From a bacterium (lineage in GTDB: Bacteria; SM23-31): a stretch of DNA of 64,000 nucleotides. Made by a program: the position numbers and the translations under genes. Below are positions 50,714 to 60,942 of this stretch, piece after piece (position 1 is the first letter of the stretch; every line of letters begins with the position of its first letter). Location: the NCBI GenBank assembly GCA_965249485.1, contig OZ252239.1, forward strand, positions 1,504,001 to 1,568,000, given 5' to 3'. Under the pieces are notes generated by a model, which was not told the DNA's origin, searched no databases, and saw only the letters and a list, made by a program, of their open reading frames with translations.

Positions 50714-51655
50714 ATGTTTTATGCAAAAAGAACAGATGAAACACCGGAAAAACCGGTATTTCTTGCAATTCACGAAGATAAGCCGGGCGGAATAACTATT
50801 GCGTCCGATGATCTGCCGACCACGCTTAAGACGCTTGGTGCCGGTACTACAGTCGGAAAGGACGGCGTCACGGCAGGATTGTTCCGTGTTGTGAAAACAG
50901 CTGAGGTCTATGAGACTGTAAACGGAACTTCGGTGAAAGTAAAAAAGAACCACGTCTTTATTGTCGGTGATTTTATTGCTGACGATGAGGTTTCAACTGC
51001 TATAACTGCAATCGATACGACCAACGCCCTCTATGACCTGCTTACGGTGACAACTGCAATGAATGCAACAGTCGGCGACGTACTGGTGCGTGGTCTATCG
51101 GAGGTGGCTAATGTGCAGGTTGAATCAACTGCTGTTGTTGAAGATATTGCAAGCGACACGCTCACTGCACACTGCCCGACCGGCATTAACGGGATCACGG
51201 CAACAATTTCACAGAATTCATCCGATGCCCTTTCGGTCAGTGCCGCAGGCGGTAAGCTGGTTATTAAACTGGCTGACACGACCGCGACCAAGAACACTGC
51301 GGCTCTCATTCAAGCTGCTGTTCAGGCAAAGGGCGAGGTCGGCGGGGTAAACTGGGAGCATTGGACGTTTACCGCAGGCGGCAACTGGGATACCGCTGCA
51401 ACGGGTGGAACGCTGACGACTCCGACAGATTCTACGTCGGGCGGTACGGAGTTCCTCACGTCAGGATTCATGCCGAAATACACGCCGTATGGACTGACAA
51501 AATTTACAATTGATACAGAAGATGCGGAAACGGACGGGAAGAACCTGTTTGTCGGGTGTGTCCGGAGAGGGACGGCAAAGGAAAGTCTGCTGCCGTACCC
51601 GCTTGATAGCGGTGGATATATCAAGAAAAATCTGCCGCATTTCATATTTGAATAA
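50714..51655 (+). CDS. head decoration protein with inserted Ala/Thr-rich domain
   Basis: Position before MCP; PGG...VVKTA...VKKNH.F.VGD N-part and RGT..E..LP C-part. Confidence 0.65.
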   Translation: MFYAKRTDETPEKPVFLAIHEDKPGGITIASDDLPTTLKTLGAGTTVGKDGVTAGLFRVVKTAEVYETVNGTSVKVKKNHVFIVGDFIADDEVSTAITAIDTTNALYDLLTVTTAMNATVGDVLVRGLSEVANVQVESTAVVEDIASDTLTAHCPTGINGITATISQNSSDALSVSAAGGKLVIKLADTTATKNTAALIQAAVQAKGEVGGVNWEHWTFTAGGNWDTAATGGTLTTPTDSTSGGTEFLTSGFMPKYTPYGLTKFTIDTEDAETDGKNLFVGCVRRGTAKESLLPYPLDSGGYIKKNLPHFIFE

Positions 51656-51696
51656 CTAATGAAAGATATACATAACAGAATGGAGGAATTAATACA

Positions 51697-52836
51697 ATGC
51701 CGGATAAATCATTAATAAACGAAATAACCAGTAAAAACATGCAGACGTGGCTTGATAAACGTGAGTTCGGTCCCTATTGGTTTACCAATTTCTTTGATTT
51801 CGAAGAGATTGATTCCATGGATATTGACGCACTTATCGGTACGATTGGCAGAGCAATCGCTGCAGATGTTTACGCTGAGGATACCAGTACCGGTGTGAAG
51901 TCACGGAAAGCAATCGGCAAATGGCATGGTGAAATACCGATTATCAAGATCGCACGCGATATGTCGGAGCGGGACATTAAGAAATATGAATCACTGAGGA
52001 GCAAAGCGGATGCGGATCAGAACCAGCTTCTGCAGCTCATTTACGGTGATCCTGATTTCTGTGCCCAGGGTCCGTATGAGCGTACGGAATTTCTTGCGCT
52101 CAAAGCTATCTTTCAGCAAGCAATTACGCTGACAAAGGTAAACAATGGTCATGGTGTCATTACCAGCAAGGCGTTCGACTATCAGCTGGCGAAAAATAAT
52201 AAACGTGCCGTCAAGTCCGACCAGACAAATCGTCAGTGGACAAATCCGACTACTGCAAAACCTATCAAAGACATCAAAGATGTTATTGCATATGCAAGAT
52301 CACAAGGTATACGAGGTTTACAATATCTGTTGATGAACGACACGAAGTTTGCAGATTTCATTGCTGCTGACGAGGTAAAGGAAGCCGTGCTGCCGTATAC
52401 CGCCGCTTCAATCGTAAAGGGTGATGTCGCGACTCCGGAACCGTCTGCAGTAGAGGTAAACAAGTATATGGGCGCAAAGAATCTTCCGCAGATAATAGTA
52501 GTTGATTCGAGTATTGAGGTTGAGGATGAGTCACACAACTACCAGACTATTGATCCGACACTGACAGAAACCGACAAGGACAGTATGGTCATCCTTACCA
52601 AAACACTCAAAATGGGCAAGGTGTTCTGGACGAAATCAGTCGATGAATTACGCCAGAATAAGAATATTGCTTACTCGAAAAAGGGACCGGTTCTTGTCAA
52701 GAAGTTCTTCAAGTCGGATGATCCGGTTGCAGAGAGAACGATGGGTATTTTTTGGGGACTTCCCGTACCAACGGTGCTCGATACGATGTTCCGGCTGAAT
52801 ACCGAGAACAACACAGCAACAGGACTCGACTCATAA
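51697..52836 (+). CDS. major capsid protein
   Basis: Size, position, GEIP.IK...M.E and P..DI motifs of lambda-E-like capsid proteins. Confidence 0.85.
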   Translation: MPDKSLINEITSKNMQTWLDKREFGPYWFTNFFDFEEIDSMDIDALIGTIGRAIAADVYAEDTSTGVKSRKAIGKWHGEIPIIKIARDMSERDIKKYESLRSKADADQNQLLQLIYGDPDFCAQGPYERTEFLALKAIFQQAITLTKVNNGHGVITSKAFDYQLAKNNKRAVKSDQTNRQWTNPTTAKPIKDIKDVIAYARSQGIRGLQYLLMNDTKFADFIAADEVKEAVLPYTAASIVKGDVATPEPSAVEVNKYMGAKNLPQIIVVDSSIEVEDESHNYQTIDPTLTETDKDSMVILTKTLKMGKVFWTKSVDELRQNKNIAYSKKGPVLVKKFFKSDDPVAERTMGIFWGLPVPTVLDTMFRLNTENNTATGLDS

Positions 52837-52849
52837 AGAGGACTAACCT

Positions 52850-53155
52850 ATGACTGTGCAAGAAGCGCTGCAGGCTGATTTGATGGATATCAATGTGTCT
52901 GATAATCTGCTGACAAAAGTATTGCTTGACAACGAGGTAACGGGCACTGATGCGTATTCGGCGTCTGAAGATCAAAAGAAAAAGATCGATCTGTGCCGTC
53001 GCGACATTTACCTCTATCTCGCTGCTCAGGCTGATTATAAACAGGGTTCGATGGCTATAACGTACAGCGCAGCTCAGTTAATCGCTATGGCGTTTGAAAT
53101 TGAGCAAAAGTACGGCATAGACAGTGCGAAAATATCTGGAGAATCTAAATGGTAG
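52850..53155 (+). CDS. head-tail connector/adaptor
   Basis: Small helical protein right after MCP. Confidence 0.65.
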   Translation: MTVQEALQADLMDINVSDNLLTKVLLDNEVTGTDAYSASEDQKKKIDLCRRDIYLYLAAQADYKQGSMAITYSAAQLIAMAFEIEQKYGIDSAKISGESKW

Positions 53156-53457
53156 TGGAACAGTTTCCGCAGACTGCGGTTATCACGTGGAATGGTGCCG
53201 GGACACAAGATTCAAATGGAGTGTATACCGAAGGTGCTGAATCATCTGTCACTATAGAATGTGATGTACAGCCGAAGTCCGGACGCATTATCACTGGTCC
53301 CGATAAGGATGATTTAAAGCACAATTGGCTGGTATACTGTGAGAAATTTGCTCAGGCTCCATCGGTACCGGCAGGAGCGGAGATTTCGTTTCTTGGATTG
53401 GATTTTAAGATTATACAGATATTTTCGTATGCAAACCATGTAGAGATTAAATGTTAA
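53149..53457 (+). CDS. head closure protein
   Basis: Synteny; beta-rich, C.VQP motif. Confidence 0.6.
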   Translation: MVVEQFPQTAVITWNGAGTQDSNGVYTEGAESSVTIECDVQPKSGRIITGPDKDDLKHNWLVYCEKFAQAPSVPAGAEISFLGLDFKIIQIFSYANHVEIKC

Positions 53458-53901
53458 ATGGGTAAGTCACTGATACCGGCATTCAGCCTTAACAGGATAT
53501 TTGACAATATCAATGATTTAGCAGATGCCCGGACAAAAGAGACAATTGAGGTATTCAGCTATGTTGGTACGCAATTCGTCAATGATATGCGGACAAACGG
53601 AGAATATGATGATCATTCGGGCAATTTAAGGAGCTCTACCGGTTATATCGTCCTGGTTGACGGCGATATCGTTAAGAGGTTTGTCAAAACGGCTAATAAA
53701 GATGATGGCGGAGATGGTAAAAAGGTTGCGAATGACCTCATTGAACGGTTAAGGGCTGAATTCAGGGAAGGCATTATGCTTGTGGTGTTTGCCGGGATGG
53801 AATATGCAGCAGCTGTTGAAGCACACGGCAAAGATGTGCTCACGGGAAGTTCCGAACGGGCGGGAGCATTGTTAAAAGAACTATTGAGTGAGGGACAATG
53901 A
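53458..53901 (+). CDS. HK97 gp10-like neck/tail protein
   Basis: DHSGNLRSS and AGMEYAAAVE motifs. Confidence 0.8.
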   Translation: MGKSLIPAFSLNRIFDNINDLADARTKETIEVFSYVGTQFVNDMRTNGEYDDHSGNLRSSTGYIVLVDGDIVKRFVKTANKDDGGDGKKVANDLIERLRAEFREGIMLVVFAGMEYAAAVEAHGKDVLTGSSERAGALLKELLSEGQ

Positions 53902-54305
53902 AAACGACGTGGGACATAATGAATTTTCTCTACCCGATAATTAATGCGGCTTCTGTAACGAGCCTCATTGACGGGGAGGTGTACCGTGAGAAAAAGCCGG
54001 TTAATTCGGAGCTGCAGGACATAGTGATTAAGCCATTGACAAATAATGATGTCGGCGATGTAGCGCAGGAATCAACAGTCAATATTAATATCTATTGTAA
54101 AAAACTAAAAGAAGGGATGTTCAACGAGACTAAGCTGAAGGAAATAACCGATGCTGTTATCACTGAATTGGAAGCATATGTGAATGCGTCAAATGATTAT
54201 TTCGATTTTGATATAGTCTCACAGAAACCCTTTGATGATAAAGATAACGAAAAAATGTCATTCAATAATATTCGATTAGAATGTGTAATCGGAAATAACA
54301 CGTAA
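53898..54305 (+). CDS. tail terminator/completion protein
   Basis: Synteny; G.VYR...P...EDIV-like and VNINIY motifs. Confidence 0.65.
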   Translation: MKTTWDIMNFLYPIINAASVTSLIDGEVYREKKPVNSELQDIVIKPLTNNDVGDVAQESTVNINIYCKKLKEGMFNETKLKEITDAVITELEAYVNASNDYFDFDIVSQKPFDDKDNEKMSFNNIRLECVIGNNT

Positions 54306-54317
54306 GGAGATGTAGCT

Positions 54318-54833
54318 ATGCCTACCAACAAACGCTTAGTCGGGTTGACATCGATACGGATCGGGGATGCAATATCGGATGGGATGCCGACTTCTGCGAA
54401 CCTTCAGTCGATCCAGTATATCGTGCCTGACTCGGCAGTAATTAATTTCGAACCTCATGATTCAACACAGCTGTTCGTTGAAGAATCGGATGATCCGGAT
54501 ATTGAACTCTTGACTGCCGGATTAAAAACCATTGAATTCGCAACACGCGATATCAGCAATGAAGTGTTGATATGGGCGTTCGGCGGAACATCGTCAACTA
54601 CAACGGTCTGGAAATCTTCTTCATCTGCACCGACCACAAAGGAAGTGGCAGTAGAGATGATTTCGAAAACGATCAACAGCGCGAAGGTGAAATTTGAGGT
54701 CGCACGGGCATCACTGAGAGCGAGCGCAACACTCAGGTATTCAAAGGTGAATTCCGGAGAAATCGGGTTTGCGCTGACGATCCTGACGCCCACAAATGGT
54801 ACGACGGTACCGATTAAACGGACATTTGTTTAA
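54318..54833 (+). CDS. major tail (tube) protein
   Basis: Synteny, size, Ser/Thr-rich beta protein. Confidence 0.75.
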   Translation: MPTNKRLVGLTSIRIGDAISDGMPTSANLQSIQYIVPDSAVINFEPHDSTQLFVEESDDPDIELLTAGLKTIEFATRDISNEVLIWAFGGTSSTTTVWKSSSSAPTTKEVAVEMISKTINSAKVKFEVARASLRASATLRYSKVNSGEIGFALTILTPTNGTTVPIKRTFV

Positions 54834-54843
54834 TAGTTAAATA

Positions 54844-55419
54844 ATGGGAGGCAATGTGGCCGAAGACAAAACTGAAGCAGTGGTCGATGAAAAGAAAGCT
54901 GTTCCCCGAGTTGTTAATACTCTTATTGACGAAGGAGTATCTTTTCAAGTAGAACTGAACCGGAAAAGTGTTTGGAATAGGATCCGTTTACTCCGTTTCG
55001 GACTGAAAGCCTTTAAGATGTCCGAAGTCGAATTTACAATACATCCGATATCCCTTGGAACGCTCTTGAAAATTTCGAAGATACTTGTCGAAATGGAAGT
55101 TCCCGGTGTTGATGGCAATGCTACTTCAATCCTTGACATCACAGCTCACAGCGTAGTGGCACACAAGGATCATATGGTAAGGATTATTGCCTATGCGTTA
55201 GTGAATGAGAGAAGGGAACCGCCGAATAGCCTGATCAGGCTCCTTGACGATAATCTATCATCAAAAGAATTGTTGCAGGTGCTGATTCAGGTTGTTCGGC
55301 AAATGGATGTAACAGATTTTTTAGCATGTATCGTCTCGATGAAACAGAATCTCCAGATAGTCGCGACGAACCAGACGAATCAAGAGGAAACCTCTGGAGG
55401 ATCATCGGAAGCTACATGA
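54844..55419 (+). CDS. tail assembly chaperone (G-like)
   Basis: Follows major tail gene; contains T TTT TTA slippery site. Confidence 0.75.
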   Translation: MGGNVAEDKTEAVVDEKKAVPRVVNTLIDEGVSFQVELNRKSVWNRIRLLRFGLKAFKMSEVEFTIHPISLGTLLKISKILVEMEVPGVDGNATSILDITAHSVVAHKDHMVRIIAYALVNERREPPNSLIRLLDDNLSSKELLQVLIQVVRQMDVTDFLACIVSMKQNLQIVATNQTNQEETSGGSSEAT

Positions 55420-55577
55420 GCCATTTTCATTTTGGCTTACAGCACATATTGTGGAACGTCAGCTGGGCTAATATGTTGATGTTCTCCGTGAGTGTTCCGA
55501 GGATCGGTGAGGACAAGTCTGATAAAGTTAAAGAGATCGACGATTTCAGCGAATTGGATGGGTATTTTAATGACTAA
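55317..55577 (+). CDS. -1 frameshift extension of the tail chaperone (T-like)
   Basis: Open -1 frame from slippery heptamer 55317-55323 to TAA 55577. Confidence 0.65.
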   Translation, partial: FFSMYRLDETESPDSRDEPDESRGNLWRIIGSYMSHFHFGLQHILWNVSWANMLMFSVSVPRIGEDKSDKVKEIDDFSELDGYFND

Positions 55578-56796
55578 AAAGATTGGACTTAACTTGGGAG
55601 TTGCTGAATTTGATCCTGAGGAAAAGCCGGTTGTAAGCATTTGTATGATCGTTAAGAACGCAGAAGATGACCTTGTGCGTTGTCTGGACTCGTTTTTGCC
55701 GATTATCGCCCGTCCGATGTGCGAGCTGATCATTGTTGATACCGGATCGACTGATCATACGCTCGATGTTGCGTACAGCTATACCGATAAGGTGTTTCAC
55801 TATGAATGGAATGACGACTTTTCAGCGGCGCGCAATTTCGCAATATCACACGCAAGCGGTAAATGGATCATGACCGTAGATGCTGACGAGGCATTAAAGC
55901 AGGAATCGCTTTATAACCTTATGGCAGTATTCGGGATGGAAGATTTAGAGGTAAACACTATGTTGCTCCGGATCAGGAACTTCGGGACTCAGGACAGAAA
56001 ACAGTATTCTGATATGATGCATCCGAGAATATTCCGGAATGACGGTTCGTTTCATTATCACGGGAAAATCCATAACAAACCAGCCGGAAAACCGCCTCAC
56101 CTGTTCCTAAAGAACGTGATATTCTTTCATTATGGATATATGTTCGATGATGAAGAACTGCTGGAGAAGAAGAGCAACCGGAGCCTGCCATTGCTGCAGG
56201 AAGCCTATAGTGATGATCCTAATGATCTTCATACCCTTCTTCATTTGATTAAGACACATTTCAGCATGCACAATTGGAAAGAAGTTGTGAAGCTGGAAAA
56301 GAGATGGAACAAACAAATGAGGAAGGCTAAATTCCATGATGGATGGTACGCTTATCTTGAGGGATTTATAGATATCCTGAGTTCTCATTTGTTCCTGGGC
56401 GATACCAAAAGTGCATTACGTTCTCAGAAGGAAACCGAGAGGTATTCCAAAAAGATAACCAGCATTTATTTAATGCTTGGAAATCATTGTAACAGCCGGG
56501 ATATCGAGAAAGCACGGGAGTATTTTGAGAAGGCAATTGATTCCTCACGTCAAGAACGGTCTGATTATGAAAAACTGCTCGCGAATGACGGGAGAAAAGG
56601 TGTAGCGCACGCATATAACTGGCTTTCAATTTACTGGTACTCAAAGGGAGATTTGGAAAAGTCCGGAGAATATATGAATGCCGGTATCATGCTCAGCAAA
56701 AATAACGAAATGCAATTCAGGTGGGATGTATGGAATGATCCCCTTATACAACAAGTAAAGGAAAAAAAACATGAACAGAACCGAAAAGCGGGCTAA
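55570..56796 (+). CDS. GT2 glycosyltransferase with TPR-like C-terminus
   Basis: SICMIVKN, VDTGSTD, W.DDFSAARN, VDADE (DXD), HYGY; helical repeats. Confidence 0.92.
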   Translation: MTKKIGLNLGVAEFDPEEKPVVSICMIVKNAEDDLVRCLDSFLPIIARPMCELIIVDTGSTDHTLDVAYSYTDKVFHYEWNDDFSAARNFAISHASGKWIMTVDADEALKQESLYNLMAVFGMEDLEVNTMLLRIRNFGTQDRKQYSDMMHPRIFRNDGSFHYHGKIHNKPAGKPPHLFLKNVIFFHYGYMFDDEELLEKKSNRSLPLLQEAYSDDPNDLHTLLHLIKTHFSMHNWKEVVKLEKRWNKQMRKAKFHDGWYAYLEGFIDILSSHLFLGDTKSALRSQKETERYSKKITSIYLMLGNHCNSRDIEKAREYFEKAIDSSRQERSDYEKLLANDGRKGVAHAYNWLSIYWYSKGDLEKSGEYMNAGIMLSKNNEMQFRWDVWNDPLIQQVKEKKHEQNRKAG

Positions 56797-57145
56797 GGAA
56801 GCCGTTGAAAAATTCTTTGAAGCATGGAGAGATAAAGACTGGATCGGGATGCATCAGCAGTGCCAGACGACGTGGCTTTTTAACCATCCAGATTATCTCC
56901 AGTGGCTTGAAACGCATCTCGGGGAATGCTCAATTGAGAGCTTCACAATTGACAGGATTGTCCGGCGGGGCGAATCAAGCAGGATTGCTCATGTAACAGT
57001 GAAAATCGCGGGAGAAGGAAAGAAGCTAAAGAAACTGAAAATCGATGCATCGGTTGTCAGTGAAGCGGGTCCTAACAGACCTGTTGAAGACGGCCATTGG
57101 GGCATCAATCCTACAACAGTGTTAAACATCGTACCGGGAGAATAA
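56771..57145 (+). CDS. hypothetical protein, possibly NTF2-like fold
   Basis: AVEKFFEAW..KDW..M helix pattern followed by beta strands. Confidence 0.6.
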   Translation: MNRTEKRAKEAVEKFFEAWRDKDWIGMHQQCQTTWLFNHPDYLQWLETHLGECSIESFTIDRIVRRGESSRIAHVTVKIAGEGKKLKKLKIDASVVSEAGPNRPVEDGHWGINPTTVLNIVPGE

Positions 57146-60100
57146 ATGGCGTTAAAAACCGACAAATCATTGATCTGGAATGCAGACCTCAATGTGGCAG
57201 GTCTTAAACGTGGTATTGCCGATACAAAGGGGTTATTGGCTGGACTTTCCAAAAAGGTTACAGCGTTGGATGTTTTTGCAGGTGTGGGGCTATCTGCCAC
57301 AGTAGCGTTCGGCATCGTTTCAAAAAAGGCATATGAAGCGTCTAAGGAATTCGAAACCGCCATGAAGGAAGTAGAGACGATATCCGATGCAGTGAAAACG
57401 AATTTTAAGGGGATTTCGCAGGCAGTAGTCGATTTATCAACGGAAGTTCCGGAACAGGCCACACAATTAACCAATGCCCTCTATCAGATTGTTTCTGCTG
57501 GGAATGATGGCGCGGATGCGCTTGCTGTTTTGAAAGCATCAGCGAAGGCAGCTGTTGGTGGCGTGACCGAAACAGAGACGGCAGCTGATGGTCTAACAAC
57601 TGTCCTCAATGCATTCGGCAAGGAGTCAACAGAGGTCAACAGGGTAGCTGATATCATGTTCCAGACGGTCAAGCTCGGCAAGACAACATTCGGAGAATTG
57701 TCGCAGAACATTGCAACCGCAGCTCCCCTTGCTGCAAGTGCAAATGTCGAATTTGAACAACTTGCCGCAGCTGTTGCGACATTGACAAAGCAGGGTCATC
57801 CAACATCTGTTGCAATGACGCAAATCCGCGCTGCTATTCTTGCGCTCAATGACAATCTTGGGGATGGCTGGGCTAATACCTTGACCCTGCAGGATGCCAT
57901 GCAGCAATTGCGCGATGCTGCTGGAGGCAGTCAGGTAGAATTAAGAAATCTGGTTCCTCGTGTCGAAGCCATGAGTGGTGTACTCGGGCTGACAGGTAAA
58001 AATGCCAGAGGTGCTGCAGAAGATTTGCGTGCAATGGAGAACAGTGCAGGATCAGCAGAAGAAGCGTTCAGAACTATGGTTGAATCTACGGAAAATCAGC
58101 TTGCAATTCTGGCAAATAATTTTGCTGCAAAATTAAAGCCGTTGGGTGATTTTATATTAGATTTCGTGGGAGATATCACAGGATCAATTAATGAAGTTGT
58201 TTTCGCAGCCGGAAACGAATTTGACAGGTATTCTAATACGCTTGAGAATATGGCAGATGTCATGCGAAAAAGAAGCACCGACATCAAAGGATATATTTCG
58301 ATAATTGAGGAGCTTTCTGAAAAACAGGAAAGGACGGCAACCGAGGCAGCAAATTTAAAAACAGCAAAAGAAGCACTCTTAATATTGTTGCCAGACGTAA
58401 AAAAAGAATGGGATGACGAGAAAACAGCTATTGAGAATTTGATAATTGCCAAAGAAGCCCTTGAGCGGTTTGAGACAAGAACGGTTGAGCTAATGAGACA
58501 GTCCGCTATATCACGCAAAGAATCGTTAGAAGAACAGATTCAGCAAGAGAAGGAGAGAAATAAGGAGGCTCTTAAAATAGCCAGAGAATTTCACGAGAAA
58601 ACAGCCCATGAAAGAGAAGTCGGCATTGAAAATCTTACTAAGTTTGTACAAGAGGTGAAGGATGGGACTGCGGATCTCGAAAACTCAGTTATTGGATACA
58701 CTAAAGCATATAATAACGAAATTAAAGAAATAGCAGATTCTTTTAAAAGTGGGGATATTGATTTAGATGAAGTTACCAGACGAGTAACAGCTATAGCTAA
58801 CGAAACAATCTTGCGAACCTCAGGTTTGGCAAGAGGATTTAAAGAAGCCAATAAGACAATTGATCAAACGAATGACAACGTAAGAAATATGGATGCTGAA
58901 TTATTTCTGGTCGATCAATCGTTAATAACTTTTGAAAAGAGATTATCCGGAGTTGAAGATGGCATTAAAGACCTTGGGGATGCAGCAGAAAGTATCGAGC
59001 TTGTACCTAAATTCGATCCGGACAAGGAGCTTGAAAACATAGAAAAGGGCTTTAGAGAATTTCAGGATTCTTCTAATGATTTATTTGATAGGATTCCTAA
59101 AGATGTTCAGGAAGAACTTCAGCAATCGTGGTTTGATCCGGAACAAACCATTAAAGCCCTTGATGAATTAAGTGCTAAAATCAAAGAAAAAGGTGGTGAG
59201 AATAGCAAGATCCTCGAGGCAATTGCGGAACTGAGACTTAAAGCAATTTATAAAAGGGAAGAGATCCGAAAGCTGGAAGAGGAAAATGATCAAAAGGCTC
59301 AGGCTAAAGAGGAAAGAAGAAAAAAGAATTTTAATAAAGCGGTTGCTACTGAACGGGAGAACGAGATTGCTCGAATCAATGAAGATTATGATCAACAAAT
59401 AAAAGATAATGAAGGATTTATTGATGAAATTGAACAATTAGAGGAGGCTCGAGCAAGGAAACTCAGTGAAGCTCAGTTGAGGCACGTCTCTCAAGATTTC
59501 GTTGAGCAAGTAAAAGATGCTGCTCGACAGATTGGCCGGGAGGTGACTGAGAAGAATTTACGAGATTATATAGCTACTTTAAAACGAATGAAGGTGACGT
59601 ATGCTGATTATGCCGATATCATATTAGAATTAAATGAAAAGATTAAAGCTGCTGAACAACAGATCGGACAGATTCGGGAAGATAAAATCCTTGACCTCAT
59701 AGGCGGGCTTACTAATCTCGCTGCGATTGTTAGCGAAATAGATTCAAGTGCTGGTAAGATGATTCAAACACTTGCTAATTCAGCGCAGGTTATTAACGGT
59801 ATTGGCAAAGCAGGACTCGACAGTTTCACCGGGATCACCGGAGCAATTGGCGGTGTCTTATCTATTGGCAAGAGTCTTATAGGTCTCTTTGGCGGGGGAG
59901 ATGAAGAATCAGGAATTGAAAAAGCACTGAGAAAATTTCAAGAGAATCTAACAGCTAACTTAAACAGGCTGAGTAACGCACTCGATGGTCTGCAATTGAA
60001 AAGAATAATCATTTTCGGTGAGGATGATATAGAGGTTTTGCGTGAGATGATTGAGCTTACGGAAGAATTGGCTGATATCCCTATCACCGGTTCCACGGTA

Positions 60101-60775
60101 GAAGAAGTACAGGCGGCAATTCAGAGAAATATTGATGCGAAAGACAGCTTGAGACAGCTGCAGGAGGAACTATCAGAAATTCTTACCGGGACATCGATTC
60201 CAGAGCTTGGTGCAACGTTAGTTGATCAGTTTATTCAGGGGAAACATGCAGTTGAGGATTTTGGAGAAACAATTGAAGATGTGATTAAAAATGCTCTGCG
60301 AAACAGTTTTGAAAGGTCTGTCATTACAAATTTTGTAGAGGACTGGCAAAAAGAGTTTCTACGATTGACGGAGAGCGGAGGAGGATTAACAAGCTTCGAG
60401 ATCAATAAACTTCGAGATTCATATGTCGAAATGGCTGAGGCAGCAGCGGTGGATTTTGAAGCGCTGCAACAAATATTAGAATCTGCCGGACTTCAACGAT
60501 TCGGAATAGAGGATATAGAACAAAGAACAGGTTTAGCCGGAGCTGTAAAGGGAATCCAAGAAGATACTGCGGGATTAATAGCAGGACAGCTTACCGGCAT
60601 GAGAATCAGCCAAATCGATTTATTATCTATAGCCGAAGATAATCTGCGCCAAAATGAACGAACAGCTGACAACACTGATATTGCTAATAGAAAACTCTCA
60701 AATATAGAGAATTTAATGCAGCAATTAATATCACCTGATTCACTTTCAGATTGGGAAAAATCACAAGGAGGTTAA
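57146..60775 (+). CDS. tail tape measure protein (TP901 family)
   Basis: FETAMKEV, LYQIVSAG, GKTTFGEL; long helical body. Confidence 0.95.
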   Translation: MALKTDKSLIWNADLNVAGLKRGIADTKGLLAGLSKKVTALDVFAGVGLSATVAFGIVSKKAYEASKEFETAMKEVETISDAVKTNFKGISQAVVDLSTEVPEQATQLTNALYQIVSAGNDGADALAVLKASAKAAVGGVTETETAADGLTTVLNAFGKESTEVNRVADIMFQTVKLGKTTFGELSQNIATAAPLAASANVEFEQLAAAVATLTKQGHPTSVAMTQIRAAILALNDNLGDGWANTLTLQDAMQQLRDAAGGSQVELRNLVPRVEAMSGVLGLTGKNARGAAEDLRAMENSAGSAEEAFRTMVESTENQLAILANNFAAKLKPLGDFILDFVGDITGSINEVVFAAGNEFDRYSNTLENMADVMRKRSTDIKGYISIIEELSEKQERTATEAANLKTAKEALLILLPDVKKEWDDEKTAIENLIIAKEALERFETRTVELMRQSAISRKESLEEQIQQEKERNKEALKIAREFHEKTAHEREVGIENLTKFVQEVKDGTADLENSVIGYTKAYNNEIKEIADSFKSGDIDLDEVTRRVTAIANETILRTSGLARGFKEANKTIDQTNDNVRNMDAELFLVDQSLITFEKRLSGVEDGIKDLGDAAESIELVPKFDPDKELENIEKGFREFQDSSNDLFDRIPKDVQEELQQSWFDPEQTIKALDELSAKIKEKGGENSKILEAIAELRLKAIYKREEIRKLEEENDQKAQAKEERRKKNFNKAVATERENEIARINEDYDQQIKDNEGFIDEIEQLEEARARKLSEAQLRHVSQDFVEQVKDAARQIGREVTEKNLRDYIATLKRMKVTYADYADIILELNEKIKAAEQQIGQIREDKILDLIGGLTNLAAIVSEIDSSAGKMIQTLANSAQVINGIGKAGLDSFTGITGAIGGVLSIGKSLIGLFGGGDEESGIEKALRKFQENLTANLNRLSNALDGLQLKRIIIFGEDDIEVLREMIELTEELADIPITGSTVEEVQAAIQRNIDAKDSLRQLQEELSEILTGTSIPELGATLVDQFIQGKHAVEDFGETIEDVIKNALRNSFERSVITNFVEDWQKEFLRLTESGGGLTSFEINKLRDSYVEMAEAAAVDFEALQQILESAGLQRFGIEDIEQRTGLAGAVKGIQEDTAGLIAGQLTGMRISQIDLLSIAEDNLRQNERTADNTDIANRKLSNIENLMQQLISPDSLSDWEKSQGG

Positions 60776-60942
60776 CAGTGTTACTTTATGAATATCTGGA
60801 AAAATTTGAAAAGCAGTTGGAAGGTGTAAGCAAATCAATACGAGTGTTAAAGGGGCTATCTCAAGTCGAAATTCATCATATGAAAAATCTACGAACAAAG
60901 GAATTTCCGATTTTACCAAGCAATAATTAATAGGATTGATCT

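Noticed and set aside
60778..60930. Possible 50-aa ORF between tape measure and Dit
   Set aside because: Short, GTG start, no recognisable motif; not enough support to call.
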